From positions 310,001 through 374,000 of the forward strand of contig BROI01000001.1 in assembly GCA_027923505.1 (NCBI GenBank): a stretch of DNA of 64,000 nucleotides, in the 5' to 3' direction. The number at the start of each line of letters is the position of its first letter. The first letter of the stretch is position 1. Origin of the DNA: Mayamaea pseudoterrestris. Lineage: Eukaryota. This document shows, in pieces, positions 50,455 through 60,604 of this stretch. The notes beneath the pieces were generated by a model. That model saw only the letters and a program-made list of their open reading frames with translations. It was not told the DNA's origin and searched no databases. The position numbers and the translations under genes were made by a program.

Positions 50455-51381
50455 ATGCAATCCTCTGCTTCCCTTCGTCGACTATTTGCGACGAGAATAA
50501 AATCAAGCAATAGCTATGAAGACAAGGCACTGCAATGGGCGCGTCGAAATCCTGAATTAGCGCAAGAATGCCTTCACATTCCATCTTCCGTCAATGATGA
50601 GCAAATGCGGCATGAGACTGACAATCGTACTTGTGCAACAAGTATCTTCTCCGACTATTGGGCGCGTCGAAAGTGGAGATTTCCATCGTCTTTAGACAAA
50701 CAAGAGAAATCTATGGCAGAAGGACTAGCAACTCACGTACTTTCGGCGCCATTGACCGTGGCGAAGTTCATCTCGAACTTGTTGCAGTCGCCAATACACA
50801 CGTCACATGCCACAACATTTACCAGAGCTACGAATCAACAGAAATGGTGCTGCATTGGAGCTCGAGCCGAAGCAAGCCTTCCAGTACAATACTGGAGGGA
50901 AGTCTTGGTTGTGTTGAGTTGGTTGAACCATGCGAATGCACCAGTCCAAGTACAGCTAGACTTCATTGGACCGGAAGTGTTGCAACGACCGCCACTGACC
51001 TTGTCGTACATGGACGCGACGCTGAAACTCCAATGGACATTTTCTGGAAAGTTTCACGAAATGGATCCGGCACATGCGTCATCTTACGATGCATACATAT
51101 TGCTCAATCCTGGATTGGGCCACGACCATTTGATGGTCGATTGGAAACCATCGATTGATCTCCTGCTCGGCTGCTCCGCTCCCAAACTCTTGACTGCACA
51201 TTCAAAACTGGATGCAAGTCGTGATGCCAAAGTGTTGTCCGACTATTTTCTTGCAAGCAGCCTTGACTACGAGCTGAATCCCTTTGCCAGTCGCATCACG
51301 TACCAGGATCCGTTTGACAGTAGTCACATGGTGCAACCAAATCACTACGTCCTTCAACTTTCAGATGAAAATATAAAGTAG
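50455..51381 (+). CDS. MSS51 C-terminal-domain-like protein, probably mitochondrial
   Basis: LSAPLT, IGARAEASLP, FIGPE, NPGLGH, TAHS..D..RD and NPFAS motifs; Arg/Ser-rich N-terminus from ATG 50455. Confidence 0.75.
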   Translation: MQSSASLRRLFATRIKSSNSYEDKALQWARRNPELAQECLHIPSSVNDEQMRHETDNRTCATSIFSDYWARRKWRFPSSLDKQEKSMAEGLATHVLSAPLTVAKFISNLLQSPIHTSHATTFTRATNQQKWCCIGARAEASLPVQYWREVLVVLSWLNHANAPVQVQLDFIGPEVLQRPPLTLSYMDATLKLQWTFSGKFHEMDPAHASSYDAYILLNPGLGHDHLMVDWKPSIDLLLGCSAPKLLTAHSKLDASRDAKVLSDYFLASSLDYELNPFASRITYQDPFDSSHMVQPNHYVLQLSDENIK

Positions 51382-51420
51382 GCATTAAATATAAGCTACT
51401 TTATTTGCACCTATTTTTAT

Positions 51421-52446
51421 CTAGATACTCGTCGGTAACTCTCGGAGCAACCAAAACCCTTCTGGATCATCATCATCCGTCAATTGCACCGACACAAAGT
51501 GCAGTCCTTGCAAAAGATCCTTGCCCTCCTCAAAGGCTGCCGCTTCGGATCGCTGCTGGTCATTCAACTTGGCCATCAAGTACTGCGTATCAATGTCTGA
51601 CTCCATGGTCAAGACGCGCTTGCGCAAGTCGGCCGTCATGGCGTACACTTCCGTACCAGCCAACCACGTGGCCAATGCCTTGGCGCGAGCCGAAATGACG
51701 ACAATACCTTGCACAAAGGCGTCACCAGGAACATCTTTGGGAAGTGGACAGAGACGACCAACGCCAATGTTTTCGGCGGAAACACCGCCGCCAGCCATAA
51801 ACTCGGATACTGGCAAGCCGACAAAGGCATATTTTTCTCCGCGCAAGGCATCCGGAAGTTTCACTGGCGTGCGAACATCCAAAAAGCTTGGCGTGGCACT
51901 TTGACGCATATTGACATTGTAGCCTTCCATGTTGGGATATACGTGTTCGTGTCGGTCCTCCAGCCACGCCGCCAAGGCAAACGTGCATCGACTCGGTCGA
52001 CTCGTCACTGGCAAGTCGGCGAGCGCAATGCTGACCATGTTGAACATGGCGCCCCGAAAGAAGCGAATAATGGTTGGTTTGACTTCGACTTGTTCCATTA
52101 GATCGTCAACGACTTTGCGGAGTGTTTTGCTGTTGACCTGGTTGCTTGGAAGCTCCTGACAAAAGGTGAAGCTGCCGGTGGAATCGGTAATGAGAACCTC
52201 CCACAGTTTCTTGCCGCCAACGGCGACGGGACGACTGTAGCAATCGAGTTCCCATTCATCGGATGCTTGATCTGGTTTTAGAATGGTGAATTCTGTGGTG
52301 GTTGATGAAGGCATGCTAGACGCAAGTGCATTCGATGATGAAGAAGAAGTCATTAATTTGGATGGAAGCATCGGCGGAAGAAATGCAGAGCTTGTCGCTA
52401 GCAAAAGCATGCATGCCTTCAAAACGAAACATGTCCTCCTCGTCAT
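51421..52446 (-). CDS. TAB2: Tab2/ATAB2 plastid RNA-binding translation factor
   Basis: WELDCYSRPV..GGKKLWEVLITD, VNSKTLR, GLHFVSVQ...GFWLL; signal peptide followed by SSAFLP. Confidence 0.92.
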   Translation of the reverse strand: MTRRTCFVLKACMLLLATSSAFLPPMLPSKLMTSSSSSNALASSMPSSTTTEFTILKPDQASDEWELDCYSRPVAVGGKKLWEVLITDSTGSFTFCQELPSNQVNSKTLRKVVDDLMEQVEVKPTIIRFFRGAMFNMVSIALADLPVTSRPSRCTFALAAWLEDRHEHVYPNMEGYNVNMRQSATPSFLDVRTPVKLPDALRGEKYAFVGLPVSEFMAGGGVSAENIGVGRLCPLPKDVPGDAFVQGIVVISARAKALATWLAGTEVYAMTADLRKRVLTMESDIDTQYLMAKLNDQQRSEAAAFEEGKDLLQGLHFVSVQLTDDDDPEGFWLLRELPTSI

Positions 52447-53167
52447 GACCAAGTGTAATGATTGCGAATGAGCTTTCTGTATGATGTATCGTGAGATGTG
52501 ACCGACGATGCAATCTGTTCATGGTTGATGGGTGATGGACGCCCGAAGGATTCCCACTTGAAGTCGCATTGTTACATAAATGCCGCGGCTGACAGTCGCG
52601 ATCTATGAGCTACCTGTAAGTGCTATCTGTTAGCACGTCCTTCTTAAGCGCATATGACGACTATGGAGTCTATGATATAATTTAAGCTACGCTTATTATA
52701 GCTTTCGACAAGAGATTGTCGAAAGCAGGCTGGTCAACGAGTCTTGTACACTTCTTCCGTAGCAAGATCGCCATCATCCCACGTATTGACAATCAAATTA
52801 GCATCCCAAGAGGTCTGACTCCAATCAACGAATTTCCAAGCACACCAAAAGATGTTGTTTGCTGGTGCATGGGACCTATCGTTCCAACAAAAAGACAACC
52901 CAGCTTGCCACTTGCTGAGAATTCGTCTCATGGTTCATTGTGTATGCGAAATTGGCAGCAGCCAAAATGTTATGATTGTCATTATCACCGTAGCTTCATT
53001 CCGACAGCTGACGCGCGCTTCTCCTCCCCAAATAACAGCGAAAGTACTGGCTCAAGTAACGGCTCACTTTGAATGCACAAGTGTTGTCGTATCCAAAGAG
53101 TTTTTTGAACATGTCCTTGCGCTGTGACCCGATATCTTATGGATCATGTACAGGTCTATCGCGTCCA

Positions 53168-54055
53168 TCATTCAGTCAGGCTGTACAAGGCAAAAGCATT
53201 TCGTGTGGTTTGCTCGACAATGACCGCTTCGTCCTCATTCAACGCGTCGGCCAAAAACCGTATGCACTCGACAATACTGTCAGGAACAAGCGCAGCATCC
53301 TCATGGTCAGATTCTAACACAAGCCGCTCCAGACCAACCTTTCTTATCACGTCTGCCGTTTTGGGCGTGCGAAAGTTGATGACTGGTGCAAAGCCAAAGT
53401 AAACTTTTCCTGGCGCTCGACCGCACATGGCAGTCAACTGGTCAACGAGACCTTCCTTGCCACCAAACGCGTGAAAGTAAATCTTGGGAGGCAGTCTCTT
53501 CGTTTTCCGTTTGACTCGATTGAGACAGTCAAATAGCACGCCAAACGATTTGACGGCGTGAACACTGACAGGTCGATCAAGCTTGATTGCCAGCTCCAAC
53601 TGCAAACAAAACGCTAAAGCCTGCTGATCTAGCGGCGACACCAAATCCTTGGTAACCGGATCGAAATGAAACCCATCAATTCCAATTTCGCCAACGGTAG
53701 CGTGTGGATGATCCAGCAATATACGCTCGAGTTGGTCAACCCAACGTGGAATCATCGCGCCATCGTTGCACAGCGAAGTCGGATCGTCGACACAAGCCCA
53801 ATCTTCTTCCGTCAGTACATGTAGAAACCATGGATGAACGCCAAAGCAAGGGACAATCTTGACGCCAGGATGCTCACGAGGAAGATTGATTGACAATTCC
53901 TCAACGCGCGCATAGTCTTGAGGCTGCGTGCTCATGATGCTCATTCCGCTGAGCGCCAGTGGATTATCGGTTGACGCTTTGTTAAAGAGGGCCAGTTTTG
54001 GCGCCGACGGACCCATGTGCACATGGTTGTGGCTGTCAAAGGGAAGTAGTCTCAT
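53168..54055 (-). CDS. TatD-family metal-dependent nuclease
   Basis: DSHNH, GVHPW, VGEIGID, PVSVHAV, FHAF, LESD. Confidence 0.9.
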   Translation of the reverse strand: MRLLPFDSHNHVHMGPSAPKLALFNKASTDNPLALSGMSIMSTQPQDYARVEELSINLPREHPGVKIVPCFGVHPWFLHVLTEEDWACVDDPTSLCNDGAMIPRWVDQLERILLDHPHATVGEIGIDGFHFDPVTKDLVSPLDQQALAFCLQLELAIKLDRPVSVHAVKSFGVLFDCLNRVKRKTKRLPPKIYFHAFGGKEGLVDQLTAMCGRAPGKVYFGFAPVINFRTPKTADVIRKVGLERLVLESDHEDAALVPDSIVECIRFLADALNEDEAVIVEQTTRNAFALYSLTE

Positions 54056-54429
54056 GGTGACAACGGCGAGGAATTTTGTGAGGCGAGAGGATCGTGCCAA
54101 CGACACTTTGAGTACCGCTATGGCGTCATGTGGCGTCAGCATTCGGTCGTGTTCGGGTCATGCGTTCGCAAAAATTGGTCCGCCTTGCTGCTGCAAATCC
54201 TGCTTGGCTGTGAATGAACTTGCCGTTGCAGTACTGTACTTGTATCCGTAATAATAGGCGAAGTTGTGTATGCTTGTTTACTTGTATGTAGCCTATCTTA
54301 TCTATGTTTAGGCCTCCATTGTATGGTGGCGTGTAAAGTTTAACGTGTACTTTTGTGTTGTGTTTAAGGGCCATCACAAATCAGAGTGACGTGCTAGTGC
54401 TTGCGTCGTTGAACAGTCCATACTTTCAT

Positions 54430-55350
54430 TCAGACCTTGCCTTGCTGCAGCAGAAGAATAGAATCCAGCTCTTGAATGTCTTCAGATACAGTCATGACTT
54501 CCAAATTGTCTGGCAATAAACCGGAGCGTTGAAAGACGTAGAGCGCATCGCCGTAGGCTTCGCGCGCATCCTGCAACTGGTTCGCCTGCGCATACGTGTG
54601 ACCCATGCTCACGTAGCTTCTAGCGACTTCCACGTGATGGGGACCGACCAGTTTCTCCTGCAGCTGCTTGGATTCGTAAAAGCAAGTGACTGCTTCCTCC
54701 AAGCGACCGCCTTGCACAAAGACGTTGCCAAGATTGTGATAGGTGGCTGCCACTTGACTATTGACGCGACCAAAGTGGTGAATGCGAATCTCCAAGGCTT
54801 GCTGTAAGTAAACAATCGCTTCGCTGATTCGATTGAGCTTGCCGAGCGCTATTCCAATGTTGTTGGCAGTGTTTGCCGTGTCAATGTGACCTTCTCCGAG
54901 GCACTGGGACCGAATCTCCAAGGCATTCCTCCAGCAGCGGCATGCGTCGTTCCAGTTGCCGTCTTGAGCGCGTTGCAGTCCCTTGGCGTTCCATCCATTG
55001 CCCATGGAAATGCTTCGCCTTAGAAACGTATTTGATGCTGCTGTTGGATCATTTGCATTCGTATTCTCCGACTTGCTCTTTTTCGGAGTTTTTGTGATCT
55101 GCAGAATTTGCTGCGCCTTTTCCAACGCTCGACTGTCAATTTTGTCGAGCCAATCCATGATGAAGAATGGTTTTGGCGTGTCCTCTTGCTCGTGCTCTGA
55201 AAGTTCCAGACTGCCGACACTGGTGGCAACGCTCGACGTTGATGAAGCAGTCGCATCGGATGGGGCATCACCCTTCATGGTCGATGGTGAGCACACGACT
55301 GCCTCATCTGCAAAGCTCTTCTGATCATTCATACTCTCAAGCAAAACCAT
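54430..55350 (-). CDS. TPR protein (kinesin-light-chain-type TPRs)
   Basis: Repeats such as ALEIR..CLGEGHIDTANTANNIG, VAATYHNLGNV and VARSYVSMGHTY. Confidence 0.85.
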   Translation of the reverse strand: MVLLESMNDQKSFADEAVVCSPSTMKGDAPSDATASSTSSVATSVGSLELSEHEQEDTPKPFFIMDWLDKIDSRALEKAQQILQITKTPKKSKSENTNANDPTAASNTFLRRSISMGNGWNAKGLQRAQDGNWNDACRCWRNALEIRSQCLGEGHIDTANTANNIGIALGKLNRISEAIVYLQQALEIRIHHFGRVNSQVAATYHNLGNVFVQGGRLEEAVTCFYESKQLQEKLVGPHHVEVARSYVSMGHTYAQANQLQDAREAYGDALYVFQRSGLLPDNLEVMTVSEDIQELDSILLLQQGKV

Positions 55351-56321
55351 GGCAAGTTTCTGTCAGTCGTCTTGATTATAGACAATCTCGGCCATTTGCG
55401 ATTGCCTGGATTGCTCAGGACAGTTTGAAAAATGTTCCGCTCCGCATCCAGTTTTTTAGCCCGACAGATGGGAGCAGCACATGGTTATTGCCAGCGCACC
55501 CATGTTCGCTTGCGGTTTTCAAGACTACCCCGGACAAGCTCGTCGCGCCGGGCAGGCAAAGATTTAGGCGAATGCATTTTGAAAACGAATTCTACGAAAA
55601 TATCGATATAAGCATAGTTGAAGTTATTGTAGTTTACTGGTCATTCTGGTCGGCACTGCTTTCATGTGCCCCACTCGCGGAACCGAAGTCCATCGCCGCA
55701 CGGAAAAGCCAGCTAGCCATAACAAAAATTTGGCATCCAATGCGCACCGTGACGCGCCAACATTTTTGGCAACTTCACTATGAGTCAGTTGGCTGCGTTT
55801 ATACAATATGGCCTGAGTAGTATGAAGGGTAGCATTCACAGTCAGTAGTATTGAGGCGAGTCAAACTTTGTTTGCGTTGACTTATGTTTGCTGCGATGCT
55901 GCGGAAAGTAAGTTGTTTCAATAACATGTTGTAGTCTACATTGCATGTTAAGTGGATGGTTCGTGGCAAAACTGGGAAATAATTGATACCATATACTCAT
56001 GTGCAATATGGAAGACAATGGCAGGAAATTGTTGTTGAGCGAATGAGCGAAGAGAGGAGCTCATTTTCCTCGCATTCGATAGCCTAATTTACACACGTAC
56101 CGTACAGACGAAATCAAATAAGTCTAGTAGGCTTGCCATCAATATTGCTACGTACTGCATTCTGTAGGTTTTGTCGAAGGGGTAGACTACCCGTCGCGAT
56201 TTGCAAGCAAAACGGTCCGATTTTTGGCGATCCGAGTACCGAACCGACTCTCGAAGCGACATTCGAACGAAGCCGATTCACCTCGCCATCGAGCGGCTGC
56301 CTTTATTACAATATCTTCCCC

Positions 56322-57101
56322 ATGACAGCCATGTTATCACGCGTTCAACTATTTGAGGGCGACTTGATAACACCATGGGCTTTGCTGTTGCTCGGAGTCA
56401 CAGTAGCAAGCAAGATACACTGGGAATATTATCTGGAAAGTCTTGATTATGCCGTCGATTCCTTCCTCGTTCCGATTTATACGCTTCTCGCGGTGCTTTA
56501 TCTTTCGAGCATTGCTTTCAGTAAACAGCTCGAGCCACTATATCATCTACTCGGAAAGATAGCTTCAGTTCTGCGCTTGAAATCAAAGTCAGTAGCTACA
56601 GAATCTGTGTTGCCTGCACCCACGCTGCCAATCGAAATTCCCTCCGGCTTGGAAACGGAGGAACAACCCTTTGACTTATCTGGCGCATATAAGCTCATTG
56701 AAAACCAAAACTACGAAGAGTTTCTTGGCGTGCAAGGTGTTCCGCGCATGTATCGAGGCATGGCCAACAAGGCTCGGCCGGTCCATCGCATCACGCATCG
56801 TGGTCGACTGCTCACGATCAAGATTGAAGGCATTATTGAATCTCAAACGACGTACATTATCGACGGACCACCCGTCCAATGCGATGTTCGTGGACGCATC
56901 TTTGAAGATACAATGACGTATCTGGACAATAATCGAACAGGAATTGTGGTGACGAAGCGAGCGTTGACGGAGAAGTACCAAATCACGGTGCAGCGAGAGC
57001 TGTCAGAGGACGGACAAGCGATTCTAATGACCTCCAAGGCAACATTTACGGACGGAAAGGATCCAGTGGAATGCATACAAAAGTTCAAGCGAATAGAGTA
57101 G
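56322..57101 (+). CDS. Membrane-anchored FABP/lipocalin-like (calycin) protein
   Basis: Two N-terminal hydrophobic segments; LSGAYKLIENQNYEEFLGVQGVP..YRGMANKARP resembles the FABP N-terminal signature, followed by a beta-strand-rich domain. Confidence 0.7.
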   Translation: MTAMLSRVQLFEGDLITPWALLLLGVTVASKIHWEYYLESLDYAVDSFLVPIYTLLAVLYLSSIAFSKQLEPLYHLLGKIASVLRLKSKSVATESVLPAPTLPIEIPSGLETEEQPFDLSGAYKLIENQNYEEFLGVQGVPRMYRGMANKARPVHRITHRGRLLTIKIEGIIESQTTYIIDGPPVQCDVRGRIFEDTMTYLDNNRTGIVVTKRALTEKYQITVQRELSEDGQAILMTSKATFTDGKDPVECIQKFKRIE

Positions 57102-57456
57102 AGTGTATCGCCGGCCGCCAAAGTTATAGTCGGCTTTCCATAAAACGAACGTGCGCGACTATGCGACGTAAAAAGGTTATAGATCAAAACTGAGTTATAA
57201 TATCAAGTAGTTTATAGTCATGTGTACGTATCGATGCCGTGTTGTTGGCTCTTTCGACGGGTAGTCAGGCAGATGCAGTATGTAGTCGCTATATGTAGCG
57301 CTACTCCGGTACGTTTCATGCATATTAGTGGGGATTTGCTCCAATACGTCGTCGTTGGTTGTAACATCGGAGCCTTCACCTTCTGCAGTAACTGATAATG
57401 CTGGATTGAGCCTTGGACGACAAGTCGAGGCTTCTCTAAAGGCATCTGCAAAAATT

Positions 57457-57789
57457 CTACAGTTCATCAACAAAGAATCCCCACTCGTCCTCCGCTCCAT
57501 GTTCATCGTGTTGTTGCATCATGGAAGATGCCATGGCGCTCGCTTTTTGCGCCACGGGTACCTTGGCCAAGCTGCTCAAGTCGCCATAGGCTTGCCTTGA
57601 TTCCGAAGAGCCCCATCGAGTCGATTGCGACAAAGGCGTTGGACTCGGCGCTGCTGACGATGATGAACTTGAAGTGCTGGCGCTAGCTAGCGTTGAACAG
57701 GAATCGTTAATGGCGAGCGAGGAAAAGTTGACGCTTGACAAGCCAGAGGACGACGAAAGGTAGAGGGAACTAGTCAATGATCGGTTCAT
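57457..57789 (-). CDS. Small Ser-rich protein (110 aa) ending in EDEWGFFVDEL
   Basis: ATG 57789; low-complexity body with RWGSSESRQAY and a terminal WGFFVD motif. Confidence 0.6.
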   Translation of the reverse strand: MNRSLTSSLYLSSSSGLSSVNFSSLAINDSCSTLASASTSSSSSSAAPSPTPLSQSTRWGSSESRQAYGDLSSLAKVPVAQKASAMASSMMQQHDEHGAEDEWGFFVDEL

Positions 57790-58352
57790 GGTAACGATCG
57801 ACTGCTTGACTTCATTCGCAGGGAGTCTTTCGCTCCAAGTGATGGGTTTGTGATCGATATCGAGCGATAGAGCGATAGAGATACGCAAGGCAACAGCCCA
57901 TGGTTTGATGGAGCCTCTTCAAGGTGATTTAGAATGCAATGCGCCACATCATCTCCAATGAACCAATCAAAGACAATCTGACGCACTTTCGTGGAGTGAC
58001 GGAACGCTTTGGAACGATTGGAGGGCAAATTTACTTATGGCCTCAAGGGCTCAAGTTGAGGCACGCGCATGTTTCGATTTGACGCCAGTTTTCACGATTC
58101 GTTTTCTCACATCCATTCTCGCAATGGCACTGCTTTCCATGTCGTGCCGGACTCGCGGATGAGCTGTGGCGTCCAATGCGCACCATGACGAGCCAAACGT
58201 TCTTGACCATGTATCAGGTGCGTTAGCAGCTGCTTTACAATAGAAGTTAATTACATATGGCAACGTTGGCCAATTTATTCTCCCACAACAAATTCTTTGC
58301 ACCCTTGATGTCCTCCCTAAACTAAGCTTTCACCATCACACACTACCATTCT

Positions 58353-60125
58353 TCAATGCCGACGTCCATAAACAAGCTCTGGAGATGAGCATTCTGAATC
58401 TCGATCGTCGTTCAGACTCGTGCGCTTGCGGGGCGGCGAGGCTGCCATGGCAGTAACGTCCAACGGTTGCGACTCTTCCTCCTCTGATGAGGACGAATCG
58501 TGGCGGTCACTCTCGCTACTCGCCAAAAGATTGCTTGATCCAACGCTATCGTCATCGCCGTTTCCGCCTCTGTTCTTTCGTTGGCGACGATGGGACTGCT
58601 TCTTAGAGTGAGCCAATGCGACGCGGCGGGTTTTGCGACGTGTCGAATGCGAGTCGGGAGTTTCGCCAGCGTTGTGACTCGGCTCGGCCACAATGGAGCC
58701 AAACAAGGGTGCCACGGAGGATGGCATCATGTGCGACTGGGCATCATCGCCGTCCGAATCTGAATCATTATCATGCCCGTTTCGGCAGGTTGCTTGACTC
58801 TGCGAAGCAACGGATTGTGTTTGCGAAGTGGCAAGGGATCGGTTGCGATTACTCGCATAGGTTGCTTGCGTATGCGACTGCGAAACCGCCTGCGACGCAT
58901 CCTCCTGCCCACTGTTTGGACTGTGACTTTGTTCCTCCTCCTCATCGTCACTATCCAGTTCCAAGCAGCACATGATAAAGTCAACAAAGCAAGGACTCCC
59001 ATCGCCAACGTCTCGATGAATGACTTGATGCTGTATCGCCATCATGCCGTTATTATTGACGGTAATGCAAGTTTCTTCGGCAATTTCCAATCCACGAAGA
59101 CTGGCCAGTAATGCCTTTAGCGAGTATGTTCGAATGGGCGGATTGGGAGTTCGTGGCGGTTCCCATGACACAACATGAGTCCCCTTGGCTGGTATCGACA
59201 CCAGTACTTCTGACCATGACCCGCAAGTCGCAAGCTCCAACCCATTCTTATTTTTGCCCAAGACGACTGTCGCATTGGTTGCTCCGGAGACGCCCTCCAA
59301 TTCGGCCAAAACATCCTTCAACACATCCGACTTGACAATCATTCGCGCGGCATGTCCGGACGACCGAAAGGCGTGCGCCAACGAGTCTCCCGCCGCCTCA
59401 TGGTCCGGCGCCACCATGCCGGGAATGGCGGCCGTTACCAGAACACCAGAGTCCGGTTGAAGTAGCTCCAATTTGAATAGTTCCTGCGTCATGTTGTAGG
59501 AGAAGCATAGTTTGGTGCGTTCGAGTTGATTGTTATGCGTTCCAAGTACATGTAGACATTCCAGTAGCGTATGTAGATTGACGCAAAACTCTCCTCCAGC
59601 CTGCCATTCTGGTGCAGCACCAGCAGCTCCACTTTCGTTGTTCTGCTGATCATCGGATTGAGCGACTCGATATAGAGAAAACAAACCAGCTGGCATGTCG
59701 ACGGACGCTTGCAGCTGCTTGGATGTTATGGCGCCATGCGCGTGAAAGGTTAAGCTACTTGGACTGCAAAACACTGTGACTGGCTGAATCGTATTGGCTT
59801 TGCTGTGACTGCTGCGACTGCGACTATGAGAAGCAGCTGCTTGCGAAAGGCCAGCAAGTTCCGCCGATGATGCTCCCAATGCGGCATGGCGAAGACAAGA
59901 TAGCAACGTTGAAAAGGCTTTGGCTGATTCGCAGCGACAGCTCACGAGCCATTCGTCTTGCTCCTGCTCTTGCTGCTGCTGCAGCTTGGAAAAATGAGCG
60001 TCATTGGATGTTGCTGTTTCGCGAGTTGTACTGGTTCCTGCTGCATTAGTCGTCTCGCTAAGATGCGCTGCTGCTGCGGCTCTGCGTTCGTCAACTGGTA
60101 AGGATTCGTTATCTGATTCATTCAT
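58353..60125 (-). CDS. RAD1: Rad1/Rec1/Rad17 subunit of the 9-1-1 checkpoint clamp, with a long C-terminal tail
   Basis: ESAKAFSTLLSCL, QASVDMPAGLFSLY, FCVNLHTLLECLHVLG, VKSDVLKDVLAEL, TCITVNNNGMMAIQH, FVDFIM. Confidence 0.82.
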   Translation of the reverse strand: MNESDNESLPVDERRAAAAAHLSETTNAAGTSTTRETATSNDAHFSKLQQQQEQEQDEWLVSCRCESAKAFSTLLSCLRHAALGASSAELAGLSQAAASHSRSRSSHSKANTIQPVTVFCSPSSLTFHAHGAITSKQLQASVDMPAGLFSLYRVAQSDDQQNNESGAAGAAPEWQAGGEFCVNLHTLLECLHVLGTHNNQLERTKLCFSYNMTQELFKLELLQPDSGVLVTAAIPGMVAPDHEAAGDSLAHAFRSSGHAARMIVKSDVLKDVLAELEGVSGATNATVVLGKNKNGLELATCGSWSEVLVSIPAKGTHVVSWEPPRTPNPPIRTYSLKALLASLRGLEIAEETCITVNNNGMMAIQHQVIHRDVGDGSPCFVDFIMCCLELDSDDEEEEQSHSPNSGQEDASQAVSQSHTQATYASNRNRSLATSQTQSVASQSQATCRNGHDNDSDSDGDDAQSHMMPSSVAPLFGSIVAEPSHNAGETPDSHSTRRKTRRVALAHSKKQSHRRQRKNRGGNGDDDSVGSSNLLASSESDRHDSSSSEEEESQPLDVTAMAASPPRKRTSLNDDRDSECSSPELVYGRRH

Positions 60126-60604
60126 GCTGCTACAATGAAAATTGATTTTGAGTGCAAGTAAGAAGTACAAGTATCGCGAGGTGCGAGGATCAATGAATGA
60201 TCAGCAATGGAGATTGTGGTCGAGTGGGGTGGTGAGTTTGATTCACACCGGTTCTCATTTTTGTGCGCGCCAGATTCTGTGAAAGATCGAGACGCAGCGG
60301 TACACGATTAGCGAAGGTACGGAACGGACCGTCGGACCAGTGAGTCACAAGAAGCCCGACGAGAGGCAGCTTTCCGAACGGTCTAGCGAGCCGCATCGAC
60401 GGCAATATTGTTCTTGTTGCCACCGCGTCTTTTCCGTGCTTCTTGGTTGAATACCGGTAGGTATGGTCAGCGATCGTACCGTTCTCGTCGCACAATTCGG
60501 CGTCGTCGACACGTCAACACAACGAATCAGACGCACGGTGCAACTTCTTGATCTTCTCACAGTATTTATTCACTGCATTTCTTATTTATTCCTTATAACC
60601 AGCA

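Noticed and set aside
52716..53127. Short ORFs between Tab2 and TatD as a gene relic
   Set aside because: No family motif could be recognised in any frame.
55167..55820. 217-aa plus-strand ORF
   Set aside because: Overlaps the TPR gene antisense and its promoter; no recognisable motifs.
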